A stretch of 35,874 nucleotides of DNA, from positions 1 to 35,874 of the forward strand of contig JAKPTO010000008.1 of NCBI GenBank assembly GCA_029555085.1. Reading direction: 5' to 3'. This DNA is from a bacterium (lineage in GTDB: Bacteria; Patescibacteriota; Patescibacteriia; UBA1558; S5-K13). Under the pieces are notes generated by a model. The model saw only the letters and a program-made list of their open reading frames with translations. It was not told the origin of the DNA and did no database searches. Both the position numbers and the translations under genes were made by a program. Shown here piece after piece: positions 8,205 through 17,860 of the stretch; the stretch's first letter is position 1, and every line of letters begins with the position of its first letter.

Positions 8205-8281
8205 TGGTGGGTCCAAGAGGAATCGAACCTCTGACCTTTACGATGTCAACGTAACGCTCTAACCAACTGAGCTATGAACCC
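8205..8281 (-). tRNA. tRNA-Val (GAC)
   Basis: GGGTTCA TA GCTC AGTTGGTTA GAGC G TTACG TTGACAT CGTAA AGGTC AGAGG TTCGATT CCTCT TGGACCC A CCA. Confidence 0.97.
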
Positions 8282-8370
8282 AAAAACAACCATCTACCTG
8301 CCTCGCAGAATGGAACGATTGCGGAAAACTATCGCCCATATAATATAGTATAAACAAAAAACAATTATTT

Positions 8371-9507
8371 TTAAATAGCTATATTTAAATTTCTTTTAAT
8401 GGCTTCTAAAATATTTATATAATAGTCCTCGCTTGCGCCCAAAAATTCAAAACTCAACAAATCATCGTCTCCTAAAATTTTATCTTTCTGTACTAAACCA
8501 TTAACAAGCTTTAAAGAACTATGTTTACTAGAATACACATAAACTCTTACAATATATTCTGAAATTTTATGAAACAAAACTATAACTTCAACTTGTGGAG
8601 ATCTGGATATTATATCATCAATTAATTCTCTAACTCCAATATTATCAACATCGCTTGTTTCAACATCAACAAAAGACCAAGCCATTTTTGAATTTTCATC
8701 ATATTTTATTTGAGATAAAATCTGTCCCCAAATTTTTAAAAGTGATATTGATCTATTTTGATATATATTAGAAATAATTTTTTCTCTCTCTGCTCCCATT
8801 CGTATAAGTTTACTAGCAATAGAAAGACAAGATGGAGTAACTTTATTATTTATAAATCCATTGGTAGCAAAAACTAGTCCAGCAAAAATACAATCAGCCA
8901 TTTCTTTTGAAATAAAAGAATCCGTTGAATAAAAAAAGTTAAAAATTTGTTCAGATGCTGATCCAAATTTTGTATCAACAAAATTCACCTGTCCATATTG
9001 TTTATTTGCTGGATCAAAATCAATATTTATGATTGGAGTTTTACGAAAAAAATCTACATTTTTTGAAAAAATATCTCCGAGTGATTGTAAATCCGGAGAA
9101 TTAAAAATTATAATCAAATCATAATGATCATCATAATATACAGTTATCTCATCTGGTCTAATTTCATAAGGACTGGAGGTCAAAAAAATTTTTAATTTTT
9201 CAAATTCTTCCGTATAATCTATTTCTCTAATTTTTTTATTTGCTGTACTAATTTCAAAAACCAATCTTCTTATTTTATCAAATTTAGTAATTGCACCATC
9301 TATTTTTGGCAGAAAACTATATATTTTTTTAGGTTTTTGAGGTAAAATTAAATCAATATCACCCTGTTTTTTAGTTTGTAATAAAAAATTGTAAAAACAC
9401 AAAGCGCAAGACAAACAATCTCCGGAATATTGTTCTGGAACTAAAAGTAAAATATTATTACTATTCTGAATTAATTTTTCTATCTGTTTTTCTATCGCTT
9501 GGCCCAT
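8371..9507 (-). CDS. DHH/NrnA-like protein with degenerate catalytic motifs
   Basis: Layout parallels the NrnA at 11982 (GDCLSCAL, IINIDFDPANKQYG, SASEQI, ATNGF, LLKIWG), but DHH is replaced by DFD. Confidence 0.7.
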   Translation of the reverse strand: MGQAIEKQIEKLIQNSNNILLLVPEQYSGDCLSCALCFYNFLLQTKKQGDIDLILPQKPKKIYSFLPKIDGAITKFDKIRRLVFEISTANKKIREIDYTEEFEKLKIFLTSSPYEIRPDEITVYYDDHYDLIIIFNSPDLQSLGDIFSKNVDFFRKTPIINIDFDPANKQYGQVNFVDTKFGSASEQIFNFFYSTDSFISKEMADCIFAGLVFATNGFINNKVTPSCLSIASKLIRMGAEREKIISNIYQNRSISLLKIWGQILSQIKYDENSKMAWSFVDVETSDVDNIGVRELIDDIISRSPQVEVIVLFHKISEYIVRVYVYSSKHSSLKLVNGLVQKDKILGDDDLLSFEFLGASEDYYINILEAIKRNLNIAI

Positions 9508-9553
9508 ATTATCATTTTTACATTTTAATCTAAAAAATCTAGATTAATAAGAC

Positions 9554-9625
9554 AATATATACGATTCTTTAATCTGTGTCAAATATAAAATTATCATTGA
9601 CTTTAATACAATAAACAGTTATGAT
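9554..9625. promoter_or_regulatory. Divergent sigma70 promoters (DHH-like gene on -, infB operon on +)
   Basis: Minus: TTGACA-17-TATATT (9582-9554). Plus: TTGACT-17-TATGAT (9597-9625). Confidence 0.55.
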
Positions 9626-9662
9626 TACTAATTAATCTCATTGTGCAAAATAAATAAAAACT

Positions 9663-11630
9663 ATGAATATAACAGAACTTGCAAGACAACTTAAAATAAC
9701 AACAAACGAACTTTTGGAAATATTACCAGAACTCGGTTTTCATATTGGAGCAAAAGCGATAAAAGTTAATGATTCTTTAGTTGATAAAATAAAACTCGCT
9801 TATATACAATACAAGAAGAAAATACGATTTCAAGAAGAAGAATCAAAAATCAAAGAAATTAAAATTAATGACAAAAAAGAAACAAACCAAAAACATGAAA
9901 AAATAATACATATAGAAGAAAATATTATAGTAAAAGATTTGGCTGAGAAAATGAACATGCCAATAAATAAATTAATGACGGAGCTCATGAAAAACGGAAT
10001 TATGATTTCTCTTAATTCAACAATGGATTATGATACTGCTTCAATCATTGCTGAAGATTTGGGATTTAAAGTAGAGAAAATTACAAATGAAAAAAAAGAG
10101 ATTGAAAGGGATATAGTAAAAATAAAAAAACTAGAAGAATTATTAGAAAAAGATTCCAAAAAAAGCACAAGACCGCCGGTTGTTGTGGTCATGGGTCATG
10201 TTGATCATGGAAAAACAAAATTATTAGATACAATCAGAACAGCCAATGTAATAGACACTGAAAGTGGTAATATTACTCAACACATTGGAGCATATCAAAC
10301 AGAATTAAATGGGAAAAAAATAACATTTTTAGATACTCCGGGTCATGAAGCGTTTAAAGGAATGAGATCGAGAGGTGCAAAAATTGCAGATATAGGAATA
10401 ATTGTAATTGCAGCAGATGAAGGATTGAAACCACAAACGATAGAATCAATAGAATTAGTTCAAGAAGAAAATATTCCATTTATTATAGCAATAAATAAAA
10501 TCGACAAGCCGGAAGCAGATATAGAAAAAACAAAAACCATGCTTTCTGAAATTAACCTAATTCCAGAAGATTGGGGTGGAAAAACAATTTGTGTACCAAT
10601 ATCTGCTAAGAAAGGAGAAAATATAAAAGAACTTCTAGAAATGATAAATTTGCTTGCTGATATGGAAAATTTACAGGCCGACACACAAAGAAAAGCCATT
10701 GGAACAATTATAGAGTCCAATATTGATAAAAATTTAGGACCAATTGCAACAGTCTTAATTCAAACTGGAACTTTAAATATTGGTGATGAGTTCATAGTTG
10801 GAAATATAAGCGGAAAAGTAAAATCAATGATTGATTATAGGGGAGCGAAAATAACAGAAGCCGGGCCATCAACTCCTGTTCAAGTTTTGGGATTTAAAGG
10901 CGCACCTAGTGTTGGAGATATATTTAACGCTGATATAGAAAAAAATGAATACAAAAATATAAAAAAACGAGCAATAAAAACATTTACAAATACTACTGCA
11001 AAAACGCAGGAGTCAGACGATGATGAAACACAATTAAAATTAAATATAATTCTAAAATCAGATGTAATTGGATCAAAAGAAGCTATTGAAGATTCTATAA
11101 AGAAAATATCAAAACCGGGAGTTTCAATAAAAATTGTAAAAAATGGTCTTGGAAATATAACAGATAAAGACATATTAGATGCTGAATCAACAAACTCAAT
11201 TATTTTAGGATTTCATGTTAAAACAAATGCAAATGCAGAATTAATGGCAAAAGAAAAAAATATAGAAATAAAAATTTATACAATTATTTATAAATTATTA
11301 GAAGATTTAGAAGTAAAAATTGATAAAATGGTAATCCCACAGATGATCAGAGAACAAGTAGGCGAAGGATTGGTACTAAGAATTTTCAAAACATTACCAA
11401 AAAAAATGGTTGTGGGTCTTAGAATCACAAAAGGAAAAATAATGATAAATACACTTGTAAAAGTAATTAGAGCCGGTGAAGTAATAGCTGTTGGTAAAAT
11501 TACAAATCTTCAAAGCGGAAAAGAAAATGTAAATGAAGTATCGTATGGACAAGAATGTGGCGTGGAATTCACAGGAGAACCAATTATAAAAACAGAAGAC
11601 ATATTAGAATTTTATACCGAGAAAAAATAA
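9663..11630 (+). CDS. infB: Translation initiation factor IF-2
   Basis: RPPVVVVMGHVDHGKT, ITQHIGAY, FLDTPGHEAF, NKID, G.ECG. Confidence 0.98.
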   Translation: MNITELARQLKITTNELLEILPELGFHIGAKAIKVNDSLVDKIKLAYIQYKKKIRFQEEESKIKEIKINDKKETNQKHEKIIHIEENIIVKDLAEKMNMPINKLMTELMKNGIMISLNSTMDYDTASIIAEDLGFKVEKITNEKKEIERDIVKIKKLEELLEKDSKKSTRPPVVVVMGHVDHGKTKLLDTIRTANVIDTESGNITQHIGAYQTELNGKKITFLDTPGHEAFKGMRSRGAKIADIGIIVIAADEGLKPQTIESIELVQEENIPFIIAINKIDKPEADIEKTKTMLSEINLIPEDWGGKTICVPISAKKGENIKELLEMINLLADMENLQADTQRKAIGTIIESNIDKNLGPIATVLIQTGTLNIGDEFIVGNISGKVKSMIDYRGAKITEAGPSTPVQVLGFKGAPSVGDIFNADIEKNEYKNIKKRAIKTFTNTTAKTQESDDDETQLKLNIILKSDVIGSKEAIEDSIKKISKPGVSIKIVKNGLGNITDKDILDAESTNSIILGFHVKTNANAELMAKEKNIEIKIYTIIYKLLEDLEVKIDKMVIPQMIREQVGEGLVLRIFKTLPKKMVVGLRITKGKIMINTLVKVIRAGEVIAVGKITNLQSGKENVNEVSYGQECGVEFTGEPIIKTEDILEFYTEKK

Positions 11631-11635
11631 TAAAC

Positions 11636-11980
11636 ATGTCAAAAAGAACAGAACAAGTTAGTTCAGAATTATTAAATTTAATTTCTCAAATAATAGAAAG
11701 AGAAATTGAAATTCCTGGGTGTTTTGTAACAATAACAAATGTTTCTGTAACGCCGGACTTAAAAATTGCAAATATAAATTTTACAACAATTCCAGACACA
11801 CATGAAAATCAAGTTCTAAAAATTCTAAAATCAAATTCACAGTCAATTCAAAAAAGTTTAAAACCAAAAATAAGATTTTATACAATACCTCAATTAAGGT
11901 TTTTTATAGATGATGGTGATAAAAAAAGAAGAAATGTTAGTGAAGCCCTAGATCAAATACAAAATGAACTAAAAAATTAG
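11636..11980 (+). CDS. rbfA: Ribosome-binding factor A
   Basis: MSKRTEQV.., VTITNVSVTPDLKIA, IPQLRFFID; directly after infB. Start is ATG 11636 rather than 11555. Confidence 0.92.
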   Translation: MSKRTEQVSSELLNLISQIIEREIEIPGCFVTITNVSVTPDLKIANINFTTIPDTHENQVLKILKSNSQSIQKSLKPKIRFYTIPQLRFFIDDGDKKRRNVSEALDQIQNELKN

Positions 11981-11981
11981 T

Positions 11982-12959
11982 ATGATAAGCGAAGAGATTA
12001 AAAAATTAGAACAAGCAATTTTGGTTTCTAATAAAGTGTTGTTAGTAATTCACAGAAAACCAGACGGAGATGCGATTGGCAGTATGCTCGCAATAAAACA
12101 TTATTTATCTGATTTGAAAAAGCAAACTTTATGTTTTTGTATCGATCCCATACCTGAACATTTTAATTATATAAAAGAAGCTGAATATGTAGAATCTAAC
12201 TCCGACAAAGTTAAAAATCAAGAATTTGATTTATGTATAATACTTGATTGTGGCGATCCTGGAATGTCAAAGATACAAGAAACATTAAACAACAAAAATT
12301 TTGTCAACGGTATTGTAAATATAGATCATCATGCAACAAATAATAATTATGGGGATATAAATATTGTTATACCAAAAGCGTCCTCTACTTCTGAAATCGT
12401 CTATCTTATCTTTAAAACTCTAAAATATAAAATTAACCCTAATATAGCAACTTGTTTATTAACAGGCATTTTAACTGATACAAATAATTTTACTAATGGT
12501 GGTACAACTCAACAATCAATAGAATCAGCTTCTGAACTTTTAAAAATTGGAGCTAATATAAACCAAATTTTAAACGCAAATGTTTTTAATAAAACTATTG
12601 ATATTTTGAAATTATGGGGAGAGGTTTTAAAAAGGATTGCGTATAACAAAGAATTAAATATGGTGATAACTGCTGTATTTGCCGAAGATATAAAAAAATT
12701 TAATTTAGAAAATGAAGAAGCAACAGAGGGAATATCTAATTATTTAAATAATTTATCAAAAGAAATTAAATGTTCACTAGTTTTAAAAGATAACGGACTT
12801 GGAAAAGTTAGGGGTAGTCTAAGAACAACAAGAGAAGATGTAGATGTTTCTAAAATTGCGCTTCTTTTGGGTGGTGGTGGACACAAAAAAGCAGCCGGAT
12901 TTGAAGTTTCTGGGAAACTAGTGTTTAATAATAATATATGGCAAATTAAACAATTATAA
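11982..12959 (+). CDS. nrnA: Bifunctional oligoribonuclease/PAP phosphatase NrnA (DHH/DHHA1)
   Basis: HRKPDGDAIGS, LDCG, NIDHH, TDT, GSLRT, GGGGH..AAG; infB-rbfA-nrnA synteny. Confidence 0.9.
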   Translation: MISEEIKKLEQAILVSNKVLLVIHRKPDGDAIGSMLAIKHYLSDLKKQTLCFCIDPIPEHFNYIKEAEYVESNSDKVKNQEFDLCIILDCGDPGMSKIQETLNNKNFVNGIVNIDHHATNNNYGDINIVIPKASSTSEIVYLIFKTLKYKINPNIATCLLTGILTDTNNFTNGGTTQQSIESASELLKIGANINQILNANVFNKTIDILKLWGEVLKRIAYNKELNMVITAVFAEDIKKFNLENEEATEGISNYLNNLSKEIKCSLVLKDNGLGKVRGSLRTTREDVDVSKIALLLGGGGHKKAAGFEVSGKLVFNNNIWQIKQL

Positions 12960-13020
12960 GTTTAATTATATAATTATAAATTAAATAATTTATTCAAAAT
13001 TTAAAATTAAAAATAATGAT

Positions 13021-13593
13021 ATGTATTTAATACCAACAGTTATAGAAAAAACAAATATGGGTGAACGCGCCTATGATATATATTCAAGATTATTAAAAGA
13101 AAGAATAATATTTCTAGGACAAGCGATTGATGATGGAGTAGCAAACACAATAATTGCTCAACTTCTGTTCCTTGATTCTGAAAATAATAAAGACATAAAA
13201 TTATACATTAATTGTCCTGGTGGTAGTGTAACTGATGGACTCGCAATTTATGATACAATGCAATTTATAAAATCAGATGTTTCAACTATTGCAGTTGGAC
13301 TTTCTGCTTCTATGGCGGCCGTACTTCTCTCAGCTGGTACAAAAGGAAAAAGATTTGCGCTCCCAAATGCGGAAATTTTAATACACCAAGTTATGGGTGG
13401 AGCCGAAGGACAGGCAGTGGACATAAAAATTAAAGCAGAACAAATTTTAAAAATAAAAGATAAGTTAAATAAAATCCTGTCTCTTCACACGGGTCAAAAT
13501 ATTAAAAAAATAGAAACCGATTCTGACAGAGATTACTATCTAAACGCGACTGATGCTCTAAAATACGGACTAATTGATAAGGTTATAAAATAA
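13021..13593 (+). CDS. clpP: ATP-dependent Clp protease proteolytic subunit
   Basis: [19 protein letters not shown], catalytic ASM, IHQ, DRD. Confidence 0.97.
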   Translation: MYLIPTVIEKTNMGERAYDIYSRLLKERIIFLGQAIDDGVANTIIAQLLFLDSENNKDIKLYINCPGGSVTDGLAIYDTMQFIKSDVSTIAVGLSASMAAVLLSAGTKGKRFALPNAEILIHQVMGGAEGQAVDIKIKAEQILKIKDKLNKILSLHTGQNIKKIETDSDRDYYLNATDALKYGLIDKVIK

Positions 13594-13608
13594 TTCTTCT
13601 AAAAAAGG

Positions 13609-13642
13609 AAAACCACTCCGATATTACGCAGAGTGGTTTTTT
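13609..13642. terminator. Bidirectional intrinsic terminator
   Basis: Stem AAAACCACTC/GAGTGGTTTT between convergent genes. Confidence 0.7.
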
Positions 13643-13656
13643 ATTAAGATATTAAA

Positions 13657-14025
13657 CTAATCCGAAGACCCCCTTACTTCCTCAAATATTTTCATCCAAT
13701 CAGATACAAGAATACCTTCGGATGAATTAAGTTCTTTGGGAAATATAGTTAATTCAGAAAGAATTTCTACATTTTCTAATGTATTATATGAACAATTTGA
13801 CCAATCGGCAATCCCCATTCTACATGGCCTCATTTCTCCGCTTGGTCCGCATCCATTTCCATCTGAATCCGCAAAATAACCCGATAAATGTATAAAACCA
13901 AAAAATGGGCAATTACCGCGTTTTTTAATTCGCTCTTTCTGTTCTTCGGTTAACACAATTTTCTCTTTCTGCTTTGAATTAAACGCAGAAAACATTTTTC
14001 TAAAAAAATTAATGATTGATTTCAT
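13657..14025 (-). CDS. Hypothetical protein with four spaced cysteines (122 aa)
   Basis: GGAGG-N5-ATG at 14025; upstream TTGACA-16-(TG)TAATGT; CPFFGF, NGCG, RPCRM, DWSNC. Confidence 0.7.
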   Translation of the reverse strand: MKSIINFFRKMFSAFNSKQKEKIVLTEEQKERIKKRGNCPFFGFIHLSGYFADSDGNGCGPSGEMRPCRMGIADWSNCSYNTLENVEILSELTIFPKELNSSEGILVSDWMKIFEEVRGSSD

Positions 14026-14106
14026 TATATCCTCCATGTTCTTTGATTTATCAAAACACATTAACATTTTAAAAAATTTTGTCAAATAAACGCTGATTTT
14101 CTGTAC

Positions 14107-14135
14107 TTGAAAAGCTATCATTAATGTGCTACAAT
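14107..14135 (+). promoter_or_regulatory. Extended -10 sigma70 promoter upstream of the rny leader
   Basis: TTGAAA-17 bp-TACAAT, with TG one base before the -10. Confidence 0.65.
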
Positions 14136-14157
14136 GAACCTATAATAAAAAATTAAG

Positions 14158-14303
14158 TTTGAGCAAGGAAAAATTAGAATATCTCAAATTGAAGCAAAAA
14201 CTTGTAATTTAAGCCAAAAATGACACTCAAAATCATATTCAAAACTTCAAATATTAAAACAACAAACTGCCTGCAGATTGGGATTTTGTATTCTTTGTTC
14301 AAA
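14158..14303 (+). ncRNA. Candidate 6S-like rod-shaped RNA or structured rny leader
   Basis: 13-bp terminal helix TTTGAGCAAGGAA/TTCTTTGTTCAAA, further pairing TAGAAT..CTCAA/TTGGG-ATTTTG, A-rich centre; upstream of rny. Confidence 0.45.
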
Positions 14304-14321
14304 ATATAGAAAGATAAAAAT

Positions 14322-15848
14322 ATGGAAATATTTTTTTACACTGCGTCAGCTGTTATTCTTTTGGTTCTGGGAATTTTTGGGGGCTACAAATTTAGACAAA
14401 CAGTTGCAAAAAATGCTATAGATAGTGCAGAAAGAAAATCTGAGGAAATGATAGAAAAAGCAAAAGAAAAACAACAAGATATATTGTTACAGGCCAAGGA
14501 AAAGGCTATATCAATTATTGATGAGGCCAAAAAAGAAGAAAGCGAAAGAAGAAAAGAGATATCGTATACCCAAAAAAGGTTGGAAGAAAGGGAATCTTTG
14601 TTTGATAAAAAATTATTAGATCTTGAAAACAAAAATCAAAATCTTGCAGACAAGGCAGAAAAAATAGAACATCTAAAAAAAGAAATTAAAAAAATTCAAG
14701 AAATGCAAATGGACAGATTAGAAAAAATTTCTAAAATGACAAAAGATGAAGCAAAAGATGTTTTACTTAAAAAAACAGAAAACTCAATAAAAGAAGATCT
14801 TGTTGGAAGAATTAAAAAACTAGAACAAGAATCAAACGAAGAATTAGAAAAAAGAGCAAGGGATCTGCTTTCAACAGCAATTCAACGTTGCGCAATTAAT
14901 CACGCAACAGAAACAACAACTACTACTGTGAATATTACTTCTGATGAAATGAAAGGGAGAATTATCGGTCGTGAAGGAAGAAACATAAGAACAATTGAAA
15001 AACTAACCGGGGTTGAAATTATAATTGATGACACTCCAGATGTAATTGTAATTTCTGGATTCAATCCAATAAGACGCCACTTGGCAAAAAGAGCAATTGA
15101 TAAATTAATTCTAGATGGAAGAATTCACCCAGGAAGAATTGAGCAAACAATTGAAGAAGCCAAAAAAGAATTAGCGCTTGATATAAAAAAAGCTGGCGAG
15201 GAGGCAATTTACGATGTTGGTATCCCAGCCGTAGATCCAAAATTAACTCAATTGCTTGGAAGATTAAAATACAGAACTTCATATGGTCAAAACCAATTAA
15301 AACATTCAGTTGAGGTAGCGCATTTATCCGCACTTATAGCCGAGGAACTTGGTGCCGATGTAGCAATTGCTAAAAAAGGTGGTCTTTTCCACGATATAGG
15401 AAAAGCACTTGATCACGAAATAAAAGGAACTCACCCTGAAATTGGTTATGATGTTTTAAAAAAATTCGGAATCAATGAAGAGGTAGCTCTTTGTGCGAAA
15501 ACCCACCACGATGATAATCCTGCAACACTTGAATCGCTAATTGTAAAAGTTGCTGATGCTATTTCAGGCGCAAGACCAGGAGCAAGAAAGGATAATTATG
15601 AAAACTTTTTACAAAGATTAGATGAACTTGAAAAAATTGCAAATTCATTTGAAGGAGTTGATAAAACTTACGCAATTCAGGCTGGAAGAGAAATTAGAAT
15701 TTTTGTAAAACCAGAAGAAATTGATGACTTAGCGTCTATAAAATTAGCAAAAGGAATTGCTGAAAAAGTAGAACAAGAATTAAAATATCCTGGAGAAATA
15801 AAAGTGAATGTTATTAGAGAAACAAGAATAATAGAATACGCTAGATAA
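14322..15848 (+). CDS. rny: Ribonuclease Y
   Basis: N-terminal TM, coiled coil, KH motif MKGRIIGREGRNIR, HD motif HDIGK, ADAISGARPGAR. Confidence 0.97.
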   Translation: MEIFFYTASAVILLVLGIFGGYKFRQTVAKNAIDSAERKSEEMIEKAKEKQQDILLQAKEKAISIIDEAKKEESERRKEISYTQKRLEERESLFDKKLLDLENKNQNLADKAEKIEHLKKEIKKIQEMQMDRLEKISKMTKDEAKDVLLKKTENSIKEDLVGRIKKLEQESNEELEKRARDLLSTAIQRCAINHATETTTTTVNITSDEMKGRIIGREGRNIRTIEKLTGVEIIIDDTPDVIVISGFNPIRRHLAKRAIDKLILDGRIHPGRIEQTIEEAKKELALDIKKAGEEAIYDVGIPAVDPKLTQLLGRLKYRTSYGQNQLKHSVEVAHLSALIAEELGADVAIAKKGGLFHDIGKALDHEIKGTHPEIGYDVLKKFGINEEVALCAKTHHDDNPATLESLIVKVADAISGARPGARKDNYENFLQRLDELEKIANSFEGVDKTYAIQAGREIRIFVKPEEIDDLASIKLAKGIAEKVEQELKYPGEIKVNVIRETRIIEYAR

Positions 15849-15852
15849 AAAT

Positions 15853-16650
15853 ATGTTAAAAATTTTATTTTTTGGTGATATATCTGGCGCAATTGCAAGA
15901 AAAGCGCTTACAAAGATAGTGCCAAAACTAAAAACTCAATACAAACCAAATCTCATCATAGCCAATGCTGATAATTTAGCTCATGGAAAAGGAGTCACAG
16001 AAAAAACATTATTAGAAATGCAAAAAATCGATATTGATTTTTTCACATGCGGAAATCACGCCTTCAAAAAAGAAAATCCAAATAAAATTATTGCTAATAC
16101 AAAAATAAACTTTATAATTCCTGAAAACATGGAGGATGCTAAATCAGGAAATGGTTATAAAATTGTTGAAATTAATAAAAAAAGAATAGCAATAATTAAT
16201 TTACTTGGAAAAACTTTTATAAAAGAAGCTGGTGACGCAGATTGTCCATTTAAAACATTTGATAAAATTTATAAAAAAATAAAAAGTAAATCAGATATTA
16301 TAATAGTCGATTTTCACGCTGAGACAACAAGTGAAAAAATTGCATTTGGTTTTTATGCCGATGGACGCGCTCATGCAGTGCTGGGAACACACACACATGT
16401 TCAGACAAATGACGCACATTCCCTAGAAAAAGGAACATTATACATAACAGATATTGGTTGGGTTGGAGCAAAAGATTCTGTAATTGGAGTTAAAAAAGAA
16501 ATTATTATTGATAAATTTTTAACGGATTCTAAAATGGTCTTTGATTTTCCCGAAACTGGAATCGTAACAATAAACGCGACGCTTCTTGATATTGATAAAT
16601 CAATGAAAAATAGTACAATAAAATTAATAAACAAAGAAGTATTAATATGA
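15853..16650 (+). CDS. ymdB: YmdB-like metallophosphoesterase
   Basis: LFFGDI, GNH, DFHAETTSEK, GTHTHVQT, YITDIG; rny-ymdB synteny. Confidence 0.9.
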   Translation: MLKILFFGDISGAIARKALTKIVPKLKTQYKPNLIIANADNLAHGKGVTEKTLLEMQKIDIDFFTCGNHAFKKENPNKIIANTKINFIIPENMEDAKSGNGYKIVEINKKRIAIINLLGKTFIKEAGDADCPFKTFDKIYKKIKSKSDIIIVDFHAETTSEKIAFGFYADGRAHAVLGTHTHVQTNDAHSLEKGTLYITDIGWVGAKDSVIGVKKEIIIDKFLTDSKMVFDFPETGIVTINATLLDIDKSMKNSTIKLINKEVLI

Positions 16651-16925
16651 ACAAAATAAAACTTATAGAAGTAATTGCATCAAAGACAAAATTAAACAAA
16701 AAAGAAATAGCTAAGGTTTTAGATATTTTTGAAGAAACCATAATACATGAACTTCAAAAGGGTGATAAGGTAACACTAACTAGCTTTGGTACTTTTGAAA
16801 CCATAACAACAAAACAAAGATACGGTGTTAATCCAAGAAACATTCAAGAAAGAATTATAATTCCTTCGATAAAACTCCCGAAATTCCGCGCAGGAAAAAG
16901 ATTCAAGGATGAAATTAGAAAATAG
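16647..16925 (+). CDS. hup: HU family DNA-binding protein
   Basis: MNK..LI..IA, FGTFE, R.GVNPR, PKFRAGK.FKD. Confidence 0.92.
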   Translation: MNKIKLIEVIASKTKLNKKEIAKVLDIFEETIIHELQKGDKVTLTSFGTFETITTKQRYGVNPRNIQERIIIPSIKLPKFRAGKRFKDEIRK

Positions 16926-16962
16926 ATAAACAAAAATATAAGTTGATATCTTGTACAATTTT

Positions 16963-16986
16963 AAAAAAGACCTAATGGTCTTTTTT
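16963..16986. terminator. Bidirectional intrinsic terminator
   Basis: AAAAAAGACC-TAAT-GGTCTTTTTT between convergent operons. Confidence 0.7.
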
Positions 16987-17023
16987 ATGTATAAACTTTA
17001 TTGCCTATCGACGGTAAATTTCA

Positions 17024-17860
17024 CTATTTTAATATTATTCCAACCTTTATATTTGCATTTGGCGTTCCTATATTATAATCCCAATCCGCGATTGCATTAA
17101 ATAAAATATCTGAATTATATATATAATCTTTTCCCTTTCTTGTGCCTGGATCATTTGTAATAATTGCTCCATCTTTTGTGTATCCTTTTACAACGAGCAT
17201 ATGATAAATTGGTCCCGGAGATTTAAAATTTGGATTATGTAATTCTCTGCCAAGCGCTGGTAAAATTAACGGATTTCCATTTGATAAAATTGATTTTATA
17301 TCTTCAATTGATTTTAATTGTACAATTTGTGAATCTAATCCAAAAAATTTATTTGCTAAATATGCTGTGGTTGTTGCTGATAAATTATAGTGTCCACTAA
17401 AAATTTCATTTTGTAAATTTATCATAGCACCAATATCTTTCATAGCTGAGTCCACTGTAATATTTTTATTATTTAAAAATGAATAAACCATTAAAATACT
17501 TGCTTCCTCGCAACCTTCTTTATAAACTCCATCCCATTTTTGATCTGGCGATTGAATTGTAAATGGAACTTTTAAATTTATTTCTTGTTTAGTTGTTTCA
17601 GTATGTAAATTCGTGGATTCGATACTGTCACTTTTTTGTATAGATGGCTCGTGAATTGTCTCTATAGAATTATTTTTATCATTATCGTCTTTTAAATCCA
17701 CCTTGAAAGATGATATATCCTCTACAGATTGTTCTTCTGGTAAATTAACTTTTTTTGAATTAATAAAATATTCTTTAATTGCTATTCTTTTAAAATACAA
17801 AATAAATCCAAAAATAATTAGAATTAAAAAGATCAAATATATTTTATATCTTTTAGACAT
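17024..17860 (-). CDS. Membrane-anchored C39-like cysteine peptidase family protein
   Basis: N-terminal TM; LKVPFTIQSP, GCEEAS (Cys), YHMLVVKGY (His), TNDPG (Asp). Confidence 0.78.
   Translation of the reverse strand: MSKRYKIYLIFLILIIFGFILYFKRIAIKEYFINSKKVNLPEEQSVEDISSFKVDLKDDNDKNNSIETIHEPSIQKSDSIESTNLHTETTKQEINLKVPFTIQSPDQKWDGVYKEGCEEASILMVYSFLNNKNITVDSAMKDIGAMINLQNEIFSGHYNLSATTTAYLANKFFGLDSQIVQLKSIEDIKSILSNGNPLILPALGRELHNPNFKSPGPIYHMLVVKGYTKDGAIITNDPGTRKGKDYIYNSDILFNAIADWDYNIGTPNANIKVGIILK

Noticed and set aside
8178-8205. dif-like site (CCACGCCATAC TATTGT ATATGTATAAT)
   Set aside because: Only partial resemblance to the XerD arm and a poor XerC arm; expected by chance in AT-rich DNA.
8285-8340. 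HDV-like (theta) ribozyme beside a tRNA
   Set aside because: It lies 5' of the tRNA, and the 11-nt loop is too short for the nested P2/P3/L3 pseudoknot.
16940-16960. TGTACA after hup as another IS end
   Set aside because: Only the hexamer matches; there is no extended similarity to the IS terminus.
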